64,000 nucleotides of DNA from an uncultured virus (IMG/VR IMGVR_UViG_3300038548_000322) (IMGVR_UViG_3300038548_000322), one strand, 5' to 3'. Positions 7,986 to 17,606 are shown, numbered from the stretch's first letter. Program-made: numbers and translations. The notes: generated by a model from the sequence alone, not told the origin.

Positions 7986-10499
7986 ATGTCGAGCCTGAAC
8001 CCGAATTGTACCGACTGCAGCCTCCACGCCACCGCTGCGACCGTTTGTATGAGAGGCTCTGGCCCGCAACACTCTGACGACATTAAGGTTATGGTAGTCG
8101 GGGAATCACCCAACGCAATCGAAGACAAGCGAGGCGTGCCGTTCCTCGGAGACGGTGGCAAGATTCTGCGCAACGAGCTGCACAAAAATAATCTGCTCGA
8201 CAAAACTTACATCACCCAGCTCGTCAAATGCCGTCCGCCGAAAGATCGAAAACCGACCGCAGCTGAAGTCAAAGCATGCCGTCCCTACCTCGAACAAGAA
8301 ATCGCAGAATTAAAGCCGGGGTACGTCGTCACAACCGGAGTCCTCGCGACGAAGACGCTCTTCCGGGGAAAGGCGAAGATCACTCAGTATCATGGAGAGA
8401 TCATAGAGAATCCCAAAGTCGAGTTCATCGGGATGCCCCTCTTTGATCCGACGTACACACTTCGCGATCCGTCGAAGCTCCCTGCTTTTCAAGATGACAT
8501 CGCTCGGCTCGCTCGACTCATGAAGGGCGGCTTGCGCGATGATACAGTCAACTGGACGGTTGTCAGAAAAGGCAACTTGAGTACCTTTATACGAGAATTT
8601 GAGGAGGCATCCGAATTCGCATACGACTGCGAGACATCTGGCCTTTTCCCCTTCGATGAACCCCCATTCAATAAAGAGCGGCGCATCACGGCAATTGCAA
8701 TAGCCCTCGAACACAGGACTTGGGTCATCCCCGGATTTATGCATCCTGATTACCAGCGATTTTCGCACTCCCCGTTTGCACACGGTGATGCTCTTGGGAA
8801 ACTGATGCGGCTTTTGTTTTTTCTTGCTCATCGTGACAACAAAAAAGCTTACGCCCAGAATGGGAAGTTCGACAACAAGTGGATGCGTTGTATGTTCGGT
8901 GGTTCATTCCGCTTGACCTTCGACGTCATGCTCGCGCACCACGTACTGGATGAAAATCTCGCGCACGATCTGACCAGCCTGTGCCGCACTTATCTCGATG
9001 AGCCTGAGTATGACATCCCGCTCGCCGAGAAGCAGGGCAAGTCCGAGAAGCCCATGCGCAACTACAAATATTGTGGTCAGGATGCCCAGTACACCTTCCG
9101 CCTTGCGCACCTATTCATGAAAATGCTGCGTGCTGAGCCGGAGCTGCATCGCGTATTCTGGAAGATCACCATGCCCGGTGCACGCGCAATGGAAGACGCC
9201 GAAATGGAAGGCCTCGTGATCAATGCGGAAGGCCGCAAAGAAGTCGGGCTCGACCTACTGTCCAAAATGATCACGTCGCGCGAAGAGCTGAACGACATGG
9301 CAGGGCACGAAGTGAATTGGAACAGTCCAGCGCAGATCGGAAAACTCCTATACGAGGATCTGGGATATCAGTGCAAAATTTTTACGAAGAAAGGGGCAAA
9401 CTCCACATCTGAAGAAGCGCTGCTCAGCATCGCAACAAAACCCGTCGTTAAGAAGTTGCTCGCCTATCGTGGCGCAGCGAAAATGTTCAACACCTATATT
9501 AAAGGGTGGCAGAAATATCGTGTCGGTGACAAATATTATTTCGACTACAAATTGCACGGCACTGTCACCGGACGTTACAGCTCACCGCTGCACCCGATCC
9601 CGCGTGACGGGCAAATTCGCAACCTCATTACCGCTCCCAAGGGCTGGACATTCTGTGCATTGGATCTTGCAACGGCAGAGATGCGCATCGCAGCGCACCT
9701 GTCTAAAGACCCAGAGATGCGTCGGTGCTTCGTTGACGGCATAGACGTTCACTGGCGCACGATGATTGAAAACTTGGGCATCACCAGCGAAAGCGAATGG
9801 AGTGAGCGCGTGTTTGCGACTGCAGAGAAGCTGACCCACAGAGCGCACTCGTACAGTCGGTCCCTTGAGATCATGATGGAGGCAGGACCCAAGAAGTGCA
9901 TCGCAATCGATCCAAAATGGTACGAAGGTCGAACGCGTGCTAAGGCAATTAATTTCGGTTACATCTTTGGCATGTATGAGAAGAAGTTCATCCAACAGGC
10001 AACGCTCGACTACGGTTGGACACCAACCATGACTGAAGCGAAAAACTCGCGCAGGGCATATTTCCGTCTCTACTCTCGACTGGCAGGATGGCACACACGC
10101 ACAAAACGATTGGCAAAGACCGACGGTTTTATTCGCTGCCTGACGGGTCGTATGAGACGACTCCCCGGCATTCAAGCCAGAGACAAATACGTGAGCATGG
10201 AGAACGAGCGTCAGGCAGTGAATAGCCCCGTGCAGGGTCTGATCGGAGATTGGAAAGCCATGGTGCTCATCGAAATTCACGAGACGTTCAAGCGCAGTCA
10301 GGTGCGTCTGGTCGGTGAGCACCATGACGCTGTGTTAACTATTGTCCGCGACGAATGCATCGATGAATGTGTCCCTCAGATGTTGGAAATCGCTGCTTCA
10401 CCGAAGCTGCTTGAAACATTCAAAATTAATCTCAGCGTGCCGATGGAGGGCGAAGCTGAGTTAGGACCATGGGGTAAAGGAGAAAAATATGCGGCATGA
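7986..10499 (+). CDS. polA: family A DNA polymerase with N-terminal family-4 UDG-like domain and 3'-5' exonuclease
   Basis: CTDC/VKCRPP/ACRPYL Fe-S UDG pattern; Exo DCETSG, NGKFD, YCGQDA; motifs A DLATAEMR, B RTRAKAINFGYIFG, C HHDA. Confidence 0.93.
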   Translation: MSSLNPNCTDCSLHATAATVCMRGSGPQHSDDIKVMVVGESPNAIEDKRGVPFLGDGGKILRNELHKNNLLDKTYITQLVKCRPPKDRKPTAAEVKACRPYLEQEIAELKPGYVVTTGVLATKTLFRGKAKITQYHGEIIENPKVEFIGMPLFDPTYTLRDPSKLPAFQDDIARLARLMKGGLRDDTVNWTVVRKGNLSTFIREFEEASEFAYDCETSGLFPFDEPPFNKERRITAIAIALEHRTWVIPGFMHPDYQRFSHSPFAHGDALGKLMRLLFFLAHRDNKKAYAQNGKFDNKWMRCMFGGSFRLTFDVMLAHHVLDENLAHDLTSLCRTYLDEPEYDIPLAEKQGKSEKPMRNYKYCGQDAQYTFRLAHLFMKMLRAEPELHRVFWKITMPGARAMEDAEMEGLVINAEGRKEVGLDLLSKMITSREELNDMAGHEVNWNSPAQIGKLLYEDLGYQCKIFTKKGANSTSEEALLSIATKPVVKKLLAYRGAAKMFNTYIKGWQKYRVGDKYYFDYKLHGTVTGRYSSPLHPIPRDGQIRNLITAPKGWTFCALDLATAEMRIAAHLSKDPEMRRCFVDGIDVHWRTMIENLGITSESEWSERVFATAEKLTHRAHSYSRSLEIMMEAGPKKCIAIDPKWYEGRTRAKAINFGYIFGMYEKKFIQQATLDYGWTPTMTEAKNSRRAYFRLYSRLAGWHTRTKRLAKTDGFIRCLTGRMRRLPGIQARDKYVSMENERQAVNSPVQGLIGDWKAMVLIEIHETFKRSQVRLVGEHHDAVLTIVRDECIDECVPQMLEIAASPKLLETFKINLSVPMEGEAELGPWGKGEKYAA

Positions 10500-10653
10500 G
10501 AAACAGCTAACCAAAATCAAGCTATTGCAAAACAAAGGTCACTCCGTCGAAGAGATCCAGTGCGCAGCGATAATGCAGCTCGAAGATACGCTGAAAATCT
10601 TCACCGACACTATGATGGAAAAAATACGCGAGGATGACAATGGAGCAGATTAG
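10489..10653 (+). CDS. hypothetical protein (54 aa, not in ORF track)
   Basis: MRHEKQLTKIKLL...DNGAD*; AAAGGAG RBS; fills the gap after polA. Confidence 0.55.
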   Translation: MRHEKQLTKIKLLQNKGHSVEEIQCAAIMQLEDTLKIFTDTMMEKIREDDNGAD

Positions 10654-11647
10654 TTTCAGCGAGGTCAACTCCTATCGCCGCTGTCCGAAGGCGTGGAGCT
10701 ATCGCTATCTCGAACGTCTCAAGCGCAAATTTAAAGGCGTACGTTTACTGCGCGGCGAGATCCTGCACGAGATGCTCAACGCGTACATCAACACCAAGAT
10801 CCATGGACTGAAATACGAGGGCGAAGATCCGTGGGACGTGCTGGAAGTTTACGCCGACAAGTACGCTGCCTACTTCGAAGAAGAGCGTGATATGCACGGT
10901 GACATCATCGGCGACTGCGGCCAGATCTTCGAGGGTTACCTGCGCAAGTACCGTCGCGACCCGCTGAAATACGAACAGACTGAGCTGAAGATCGAAGTGG
11001 ACCTGAACAAGCTGGGTGGTGACAGTGCGATCAACGTCAAATTCATCGGCTTCATCGACAAGATTGCTGTGGACCCACAGAAGCGTCGGTGGGTGATGGA
11101 CCACAAATTTGTGAAGGGCATTCCAACGGCTGAGGATCGCTTCAGCGAGCTGCAGCTCCTACTCTACGTCTGGGCCTATGGCATGCAGAACCCGAAGGAG
11201 AAGATCGATGGCGTCTGCTGGGACTACGGTAAGGCCAAGGCACCCACCTCGCCCGAAGTGCTCAAGAACGGCTCCCTGAGCAAGCGTAAGAACCTTGACT
11301 GCGACCCCTACACCTATCGTCAGGCAATTCGCAAGAATGGGTTGGTTGAACAGGACTATGACGATATGCTGTCGCTCCTCAAAGGCAAGGAGGATTCGTT
11401 TTTCGAGCGTGTATTCCTGCCACTACCCAACACCGACATGATCGTCGCGGTGGTCAATGACTTCCTGCAAACGACAGCTGAGATTCAGGCCAAGCGTGAT
11501 GGCGGACGCTGTACTCGCAACATGTCACCTTTTAACTGCACGACGTGCGAATTCCGCACCCTGTGTGAAGCCGAAATACGCGGTCTCGATGCAGACTTCG
11601 TAAGGAAGGCTGACTACGTGGCGCGAGGAGAAAGACATGGCAGCTAG
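10634..11647 (+). CDS. PD-(D/E)XK (Cas4/RecB-like) exonuclease
   Basis: SFSEVNSYRRCP, RGEILH, GFIDKI...MDHK, QLLLY, C-terminal CTTCEFRTLC. Confidence 0.85.
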   Translation: MTMEQISFSEVNSYRRCPKAWSYRYLERLKRKFKGVRLLRGEILHEMLNAYINTKIHGLKYEGEDPWDVLEVYADKYAAYFEEERDMHGDIIGDCGQIFEGYLRKYRRDPLKYEQTELKIEVDLNKLGGDSAINVKFIGFIDKIAVDPQKRRWVMDHKFVKGIPTAEDRFSELQLLLYVWAYGMQNPKEKIDGVCWDYGKAKAPTSPEVLKNGSLSKRKNLDCDPYTYRQAIRKNGLVEQDYDDMLSLLKGKEDSFFERVFLPLPNTDMIVAVVNDFLQTTAEIQAKRDGGRCTRNMSPFNCTTCEFRTLCEAEIRGLDADFVRKADYVARGERHGS

Positions 11648-12527
11648 ACCCAAGAAGACGAAGCCGAGATTGAAGGTCACAAAGAAGAAAAAAGTTCTGG
11701 GACGCAAGGTAATAAAAAAAGCAGCTGCCCCCACGTCCTCGATCCTTGACAAAATCCAGCCAGTCACTGAACTGAAAACGAACACGGTGATGATGGTGTA
11801 CGGTCGCTCTGGCACCGGCAAGACGCACTTCGGTTCGACGTTCCCCAAGCCAATCCTGTTCATCGATACAAACGAGCGCGGCACCGAGACCATCGCTCTC
11901 GAAGAAGACATCGATGTCGTGCGTGTCACTGAGTGGCAGGAGATCGACGAGCTGTACTGGGCGTTGCTCAACCAAGAAACCGACGTCGCGTACAAATCCA
12001 TCGTCATTGATCAGGTGAGCAACCTGCAAGACATCGGCATGGCTGAGGTGCTACGCAAAGGCCGCAAGGGTCGAGACGAAACATTCACGCAACGCAACTG
12101 GGGACAGCTGTCCGGAATGCTGAAGCAATTCATCAGCGACTTCCGTGACCTGTCTGACCATTACAATTTGCTGCTGATTGCGCACGAACGTATCAACGAA
12201 GCAGGCGACGATGAAGAAGAGTCCATCGAGCCCAGCATCGGTGCACGCGTGATGCCGTCAGTGAGTTCCTTCCTCGACGGTGCTGTCGATGCCATCGGAT
12301 CAACGTTCATTAAAGAGCGTTGGGAAACGGAAGATAAAGAAGAAGTCAGGCACGTGGACTACTGTATGCGAATCGGTCCTCATGCGTACTACTCGACAAA
12401 GATTCGCAGACCAGTGTCCGCTGGACCGATCCCGGAGCTACTCGTCAACCCGACGTTCCAAAAAGTGAAGGATCTGACCACGGGTAAACAGAAACCAAAA
12501 CGTAAGAAAATCAGGAGAAGAAACTAA
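11637..12527 (+). CDS. Sak4-like (AAA_24) recombination ATPase
   Basis: YGRSGTGKT, IDTNERG, SIVIDQ, LIAHE; lies between exonuclease and SSB. Confidence 0.85.
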   Translation: MAARPKKTKPRLKVTKKKKVLGRKVIKKAAAPTSSILDKIQPVTELKTNTVMMVYGRSGTGKTHFGSTFPKPILFIDTNERGTETIALEEDIDVVRVTEWQEIDELYWALLNQETDVAYKSIVIDQVSNLQDIGMAEVLRKGRKGRDETFTQRNWGQLSGMLKQFISDFRDLSDHYNLLLIAHERINEAGDDEEESIEPSIGARVMPSVSSFLDGAVDAIGSTFIKERWETEDKEEVRHVDYCMRIGPHAYYSTKIRRPVSAGPIPELLVNPTFQKVKDLTTGKQKPKRKKIRRRN

Positions 12528-13306
12528 TGGCGACACGTAAAAAGCGGCCTGCTAAAAAGGCGAGCAAGAAAAAGACGTCACGCGGGCGTCGGGGCAAGAA
12601 CGTCGTATCAGTTGATTTTACAGATGTTGAGTCTGGGGGTGGCATGCCCACGCCGGATGGCTACTACGTCGCTGAAGTCACTAAGGCGGAACAGGAGGTC
12701 AGTCAGAACGGCAACGACATGATCGTAGTGCGTTGGAAGACCCACACCGGTTCCACCGTGTTCGACAGATTTGTTCTGGTGCCTCAGTCCCTCTGGGTGC
12801 TGCGTACGGCACTTGAGTGCATGGGGTATGACATTCCGGATGGTCCTTTCGACTTTGACCCGGATGATCTGGTCGGCTGTGCGTGCGGACTGGAAATTAC
12901 CAACGAAGAATACGAGGAGAAAGATCAGCCTCGGGTAACGGGTTACATGCCTCCTGAGGTAGCCGAAGCGGAGATTGAAAAAGCCGGTGGCTACGTTGAG
13001 CAGGAAGAAGAAGAGGCACCCGAAGAAGAAGAGGAGGAGCCGGAAGAAGAGGAAGAAGAGCCCGAAGAGGAAGAAGAAGAGGCACCTCCCGCTCGCAAGA
13101 AAGCGTCGAAGAAAAAGAAGGCTCCCGCTAAAAAGAAGAGGAGAGCCTCAGGTGCGTTACGACCGGGTGCGCGCGTCGTGTTTGAAGATGAAGACGGCGA
13201 AGAGTATCAGGGCGTGATCGAGGGCATCGAAGATGACATTGCAATTGTTGTTGACGATGAAGAAGGTGAATGGGAGATTCCGGTCGGTGAGCTGAAGAAG
13301 GCGTGA
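12527..13306 (+). CDS. DUF669-like ssDNA-binding protein with charged tails
   Basis: VDFTDVE...PDGYYVAEV...SQNGNDMI...LVG...NEEYE; directly follows Sak4. Confidence 0.7.
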   Translation: MATRKKRPAKKASKKKTSRGRRGKNVVSVDFTDVESGGGMPTPDGYYVAEVTKAEQEVSQNGNDMIVVRWKTHTGSTVFDRFVLVPQSLWVLRTALECMGYDIPDGPFDFDPDDLVGCACGLEITNEEYEEKDQPRVTGYMPPEVAEAEIEKAGGYVEQEEEEAPEEEEEEPEEEEEEPEEEEEEAPPARKKASKKKKAPAKKKRRASGALRPGARVVFEDEDGEEYQGVIEGIEDDIAIVVDDEEGEWEIPVGELKKA

Positions 13307-14730
13307 TCCGAACTGAACTCCGCACCTATCAGGAAGAGGCTGTCGCTGCGGCACGTCCGCACGACGGCTTCTGCCTGTTTCCAGAGCAACGCACAGGGAA
13401 GTGCCTTGTCTCGCTCGCGATTGTTGATGAGCGCAAGCCCGATGTACTGATCATCCTCTGTCCGAAGAAAGCGGTGCTCACGTGGAACACGGAGATAGAC
13501 AAGCACCTCGATAATGATTGGGATTGCGAGATTTACATCATCACGTATCAGGAGCCGGTTAAAAATCTCGACCTGCGCAAGGATTGGTATAAAGAGACGC
13601 TGAAGTGGAAAAAACAAGGCGTCAAGATGATGATCATCGGTGACGAGATCCAATACATCAAAAAGCCGGGGACTGCCCAAGGCAGATTCGCACGCACGTT
13701 AGCCAAGCGCTGCGTCTGGAAACTCGCTCTCAGTGGCACACCAATTGACACGGGGTTTGAACAGTACTGGGCAATTTTCGACTTCATCGATCACAGAGAA
13801 ATATTTGGCACCTACGATAGCTTCAAGGAGGAGTACGTTGTCTACGAAATTAAAGCACGCAAAGACGGACGACAATATCCCGTCCTCATCGGATATCGAA
13901 ACGAAGAGCAACTGCTCGAAGTCATCCACGAATACAGTTACCGAATTACGTTCAACGAGGCGCGAGTTGCCATGGGAAAGTCCCCCGTGCGCCTCCGCCG
14001 GAAGAAAGTGCGTTTCGACCTCAATCGTAAGGCGCGTACGATCTACAACGAATTAGAACAAGACATGGAAACCACCATAGGCGAGTTAACGGTGGGTGCT
14101 CCGCTACCGGTCACACTGCCGCAAAAGTTGCAGCAGGTTTGTGGTGGTTTCCTTTTGCATCAGGAGCGTGTTCCGGGGCAGCGAAAACGCATTAGGACGA
14201 TAATCCCGTGTGGCAGCGAAAAGCTCGAAAAACTCATGGGACTGCTTTCCGGCTTTGGGCAAGAAAAGGCAGTTATCTGTTGTCGCTTCACACACGAAAT
14301 TGACGCGATTGCGGCCAAATTCGACGAATTCGGTTGGACGTACAAAATCATCGATGGGCGCAATGAGTGGGATGACAAGTTCGACGTCGATTTCGTCATT
14401 TTGCAAGTTAGGAGCGGTTTGGGCTTCGATTTGTCAGAAGCGAACGCATACGTGTTTTACAGTTGGGACCATAGTTGGATTACGTTCGATCAGTCCCGTT
14501 TTCGCATCATGAACATGGAAACTACCAACTGGGTGTATTACTACTTTATGATGGCGAACGACACGATAGAGGATGAGTTTTATGAAGCGGTTGCGAAGAA
14601 GAAAGAATTCTCGACGCTTGTGCTCGACAGGTACCGCAGAGAGAAGGCACAAAAGCGTCGAAGATCAACTTGGCGAGGTGCGCGCAGAATTCGAAAAACC
14701 CATCTCCTCGCAGATGCCCCTTATAGGTGA
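13303..14730 (+). CDS. SNF2-like superfamily 2 helicase
   Basis: LRTYQ, EQRTGK, DEIQ, LSGTP, KLQQV, GLGFDL, QSRFRI. Confidence 0.85.
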   Translation: MIRTELRTYQEEAVAAARPHDGFCLFPEQRTGKCLVSLAIVDERKPDVLIILCPKKAVLTWNTEIDKHLDNDWDCEIYIITYQEPVKNLDLRKDWYKETLKWKKQGVKMMIIGDEIQYIKKPGTAQGRFARTLAKRCVWKLALSGTPIDTGFEQYWAIFDFIDHREIFGTYDSFKEEYVVYEIKARKDGRQYPVLIGYRNEEQLLEVIHEYSYRITFNEARVAMGKSPVRLRRKKVRFDLNRKARTIYNELEQDMETTIGELTVGAPLPVTLPQKLQQVCGGFLLHQERVPGQRKRIRTIIPCGSEKLEKLMGLLSGFGQEKAVICCRFTHEIDAIAAKFDEFGWTYKIIDGRNEWDDKFDVDFVILQVRSGLGFDLSEANAYVFYSWDHSWITFDQSRFRIMNMETTNWVYYYFMMANDTIEDEFYEAVAKKKEFSTLVLDRYRREKAQKRRRSTWRGARRIRKTHLLADAPYR

Positions 14731-14774
14731 ATCGGTGAAAAAGTAGTGCGATATTTTTGCGGAAATACGGTTTT

Positions 14775-15269
14775 ATGAACGAAGCGAGTTTATGGGAGTG
14801 GCTGCGAGACGTTTCGCTGCCTCTGGGGCATTACTCCAGAATCGAATCCCCAGAGACTTCGCCGGGATTTCCTGACGTATTCTTTTGCGTGGGCCAAGGT
14901 CCACGGAAGACAGCTAAACCACCCGTCCCCGGCAAGGCTGGGTGTGGCACCCTCGAACTCAAAGCAACTGACCGCAGCCTGCGAGTGCCCTTCCCTGATG
15001 AGGAGAAAGGACTGCACACATCACAGCTGCGATGGATCCGAGAGAACGTAGCTGCAGGTGGAGTCGTCTGGATCATTGCAGAAACTCCCGGCATCATTTA
15101 CATTATCCACGGCAAGGATGCCGCGAAGTTCAACGGGGCAACGCACGAGGACTTGCTTGAGATGTCATGGGAGACGATGAGCAGGAAAGATCCTAAACAA
15201 GCTGCGTCCTTACTGGATGGAGCACTTAGAGTGTCGGATAATTACCGGCTTCACGCAGAGTACTACTGA
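14775..15269 (+). CDS. VRR-NUC/Holliday-junction-resolvase-like nuclease
   Basis: MNEASLW...RIE...GFPDV...LELK...QLRW PD-(D/E)XK pattern. Confidence 0.7.
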   Translation: MNEASLWEWLRDVSLPLGHYSRIESPETSPGFPDVFFCVGQGPRKTAKPPVPGKAGCGTLELKATDRSLRVPFPDEEKGLHTSQLRWIRENVAAGGVVWIIAETPGIIYIIHGKDAAKFNGATHEDLLEMSWETMSRKDPKQAASLLDGALRVSDNYRLHAEYY

Positions 15270-15280
15270 GGAGAATAAAA

Positions 15281-15493
15281 ATGTTTGAGAATGAAGGTCA
15301 AGCAGTTGAGGCAACAGGTCGTGCACTCATGGACCACCGTCCGCCGACTGTCAGCGAGAAGCTGGAGCAGGAGAAGAAAGAACTGGAGCTGCGTCTCGAA
15401 GCAGTCACGTCACTGATCGCATCACTGGACGAGTCTCCGAATGTCAGAGCCATCATCGACAAGCTGTCGCAGCTCGGGCATCGAGTGTACTGA
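15281..15493 (+). CDS. hypothetical coiled-coil protein
   Basis: GAGGAG RBS; 70 aa. Confidence 0.65.
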   Translation: MFENEGQAVEATGRALMDHRPPTVSEKLEQEKKELELRLEAVTSLIASLDESPNVRAIIDKLSQLGHRVY

Positions 15494-15909
15494 TGCGCAG
15501 CTGCACCTACCTCAACAAACATCATGTCGAGTGCTGCACTGAGTGCGGCCTCGGCATTGATTTCTGTCAGTGCGTTGAGCCTGATCACATAGCGGATGAC
15601 CGACTGACGAGTGCCGATGGTCTGATGATCAAGATGATCCGTGACGAGCTGGCTGCAGCACGCGAAGCATTTCCGGGTAAGACACACATGCTCTGCGCAC
15701 TGGTCGAAGAGGTAGGTGAGCTAGCGCAAGCAATGATGCAACACGACCGTTCCGAGGGGACCAGCGTGCAGGAAGTACTGCGTGAAGCAGTGCAGGTAGC
15801 AGCGATGGCAGTACGCGTCGCAGTCGAAGGTGATGACAACTTCTTGTACGAATTCCCTGCGGTCGAAGATGAGTTACCACGCGGACCAGTTGGAGGGCAA
15901 TACCAATGA
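15493..15909 (+). CDS. MazG-like NTP pyrophosphohydrolase
   Basis: LVEEVGELAQA...REAVQVAAMA all-alpha NTP-PPase pattern. Confidence 0.7.
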   Translation: MRSCTYLNKHHVECCTECGLGIDFCQCVEPDHIADDRLTSADGLMIKMIRDELAAAREAFPGKTHMLCALVEEVGELAQAMMQHDRSEGTSVQEVLREAVQVAAMAVRVAVEGDDNFLYEFPAVEDELPRGPVGGQYQ

Positions 15910-16160
15910 GATACGACCGCGAACGTGTCAACACGATCCTCAACAAGATGCTCGATGACGCTCGACGCAAGGGGATCTATCAGATGGATGAATGCACCGA
16001 CGAGCTGGAGAAACTGGTCGGTGATGTTAGGGCGGAAGCAATCCAGTACACGTGGACCGAGGCCTGTTCACACTATGATCGCGGCATGGATCCACGCAAC
16101 TACACCATCCCATTGTTGGTGGAGAAAGCAGCTGCAGATCTCAACCCGAAGAGAGAGTGA
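15906..16160 (+). CDS. hypothetical protein
   Basis: ATGA coupling, RBS. Confidence 0.6.
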   Translation: MRYDRERVNTILNKMLDDARRKGIYQMDECTDELEKLVGDVRAEAIQYTWTEACSHYDRGMDPRNYTIPLLVEKAAADLNPKRE

Positions 16161-16405
16161 CCTACATGAGCAACGAAGAAGAGAATGGAAAGGACGAGGT
16201 CTCAGAGCCTACGGTGATCGGTAAGGACGAGAGTGAGGAAGAAGCTCCAGATCTGGGCATCTCTGTCGGTGTAGAGAACGGCAACGTAATTATTGTGTTC
16301 TCTCAACGACTTACGACAATTGGCATGCCTCCTAAAGCTGCTGAAGATATGGCGAATGCCCTGCTTAAACACGCTGCTGAGGCTCGTGCAATGCAGAGTG
16401 ACTAG
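16157..16405 (+). CDS. hypothetical protein
   Basis: 82-aa coupled ORF. Confidence 0.6.
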   Translation: MTYMSNEEENGKDEVSEPTVIGKDESEEEAPDLGISVGVENGNVIIVFSQRLTTIGMPPKAAEDMANALLKHAAEARAMQSD

Positions 16406-16409
16406 TTCC

Positions 16410-16437
16410 TGTACACGTAAGCGGAAGTGTGTATAAT
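16410..16437 (+). promoter_or_regulatory. extended -10 type sigma70-like promoter
   Basis: TGTGTATAAT with TGTACA upstream; GGAGG RBS downstream. Confidence 0.5.
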
Positions 16438-16467
16438 AAGGGTTAAATCTAACTGGAGGTAGTCCGC

Positions 16468-16647
16468 ATGGCAATGCAAGCCCATAGCGACAGCATCGGT
16501 GCACAGATGGCAATGATGCGCAAGCGAGGCTGGAAAAAGTGTGCGAACCCGGAATGCAAGAAGCGTTTCGAGGGTCTCACCATCACTACATACTGCTCGG
16601 ACGAGTGTCGTTTCCGGGCAGCTTATCTGCGACGCAAAGGAAAATAA
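16468..16647 (+). CDS. small zinc-finger protein (59 aa, not in ORF track)
   Basis: KCANPECKKRF...YCSDECR; GGAGG RBS. Confidence 0.7.
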   Translation: MAMQAHSDSIGAQMAMMRKRGWKKCANPECKKRFEGLTITTYCSDECRFRAAYLRRKGK

Positions 16648-16648
16648 C

Positions 16649-16885
16649 ATGGCGTTCTTAAAACAGCACCGCAAGGCAGAGCTGCAACTCGAAGGGCGAA
16701 AGCTCATCGGTAAGTTCAGCGTGAGCCTGACCAATCAGGGTGACCGCGAGGTGATCCTTGAGTTCATCAACGAGATGCGCAAGCAGCTCCGTGAATTTGA
16801 CCCGAACAAAGGGAAGAAGAAGACGGGTGCAAAGAGGCGCACCAAAAAGAAAGCCAAACGAAAGGTCATCAAGAGACGTAGGTGA
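16649..16885 (+). CDS. hypothetical protein with Lys/Arg-rich tail
   Basis: Start MAFLKQHRK directly after the previous stop. Confidence 0.6.
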   Translation: MAFLKQHRKAELQLEGRKLIGKFSVSLTNQGDREVILEFINEMRKQLREFDPNKGKKKTGAKRRTKKKAKRKVIKRRR

Positions 16886-17343
16886 TCATGGTCGATCTGG
16901 AGGGGACGTTAAGCGATCACAGCGCTCGCTTAGCAACCCTTCTGGAGAACGAAGAGAAGTACAGGAAGCGTGACCGCACTGCGTGGAAGACCTACTACGC
17001 AGGACTCATTGACGATCCACCGCGCACACACATCATGGAACTGGTGCGCGAGTACATCGAAGAAGACATTCGTCCTCTCATCTACAGCACCCGATTCATT
17101 AATAAATACAAGCACGAAGAGGGATGGCTGAAGCTGCACGGGCTGTGGGATCAAGTCGATCTCTTGCAACGTGAGCCTCACATGACCAAGATCAAGGGAC
17201 CTGATCTCGTTGCGCAATGGGTGCGTGAGTACACCCCGCTGCTCATCGTCGATGATCGAGAAGAAGTACGCGAGTTGGTGCGTGCAATGCAGACAGAATG
17301 TGTTGCTTACGCACCCGAAGCGTTCATCAACTTGGAGGGATAA
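16882..17343 (+). CDS. HAD-superfamily phosphatase (PNKP phosphatase-like)
   Basis: VDLEGTL (DxDGT variant) and IVDDR. Confidence 0.7.
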   Translation: MIMVDLEGTLSDHSARLATLLENEEKYRKRDRTAWKTYYAGLIDDPPRTHIMELVREYIEEDIRPLIYSTRFINKYKHEEGWLKLHGLWDQVDLLQREPHMTKIKGPDLVAQWVREYTPLLIVDDREEVRELVRAMQTECVAYAPEAFINLEG

Positions 17344-17606
17344 TGAAAATTCATTGTGCAGACGGTTGGCTCTTCCACGAATGGAAGAACAACAAGTGCG
17401 ACCGGTGTGGTGTTACCTACCGGGGAACCCTGACCGACGTGACATGGGGGGACGACCCGTCCCTCTTTGGAGTGCCCGTGCAAGACCACCTTGCTGATCC
17501 GACTGACCGACGCGGTTCGGCTGTCCCCCTGCTCCGGCTGGTCCGGGTACACCGCGACGAGGACGATTCATCATCGCACGCGTCTGCATCTGACCTCGTA
17601 AGCTAG
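17343..17606 (+). CDS. possible small Cys/His protein overlapping the convergent gene
   Basis: GGAGG RBS, TAATG coupling, C...HEW...CDRCG. Confidence 0.4.
   Translation: MKIHCADGWLFHEWKNNKCDRCGVTYRGTLTDVTWGDDPSLFGVPVQDHLADPTDRRGSAVPLLRLVRVHRDEDDSSSHASASDLVS

Noticed and set aside
10634..11647. Cas4-like nuclease as part of a CRISPR system
   Set aside because: No repeat-spacer array or other cas genes; the exonuclease-Sak4-SSB context indicates recombination.
12995..13085. GAA/GAG purine repeat
   Set aside because: Encodes the Glu tract of the SSB.
7986..17343. Z-genome or other modified-base pathway
   Set aside because: No PurZ, queuosine-pathway or hydroxymethylase gene recognisable in the window.
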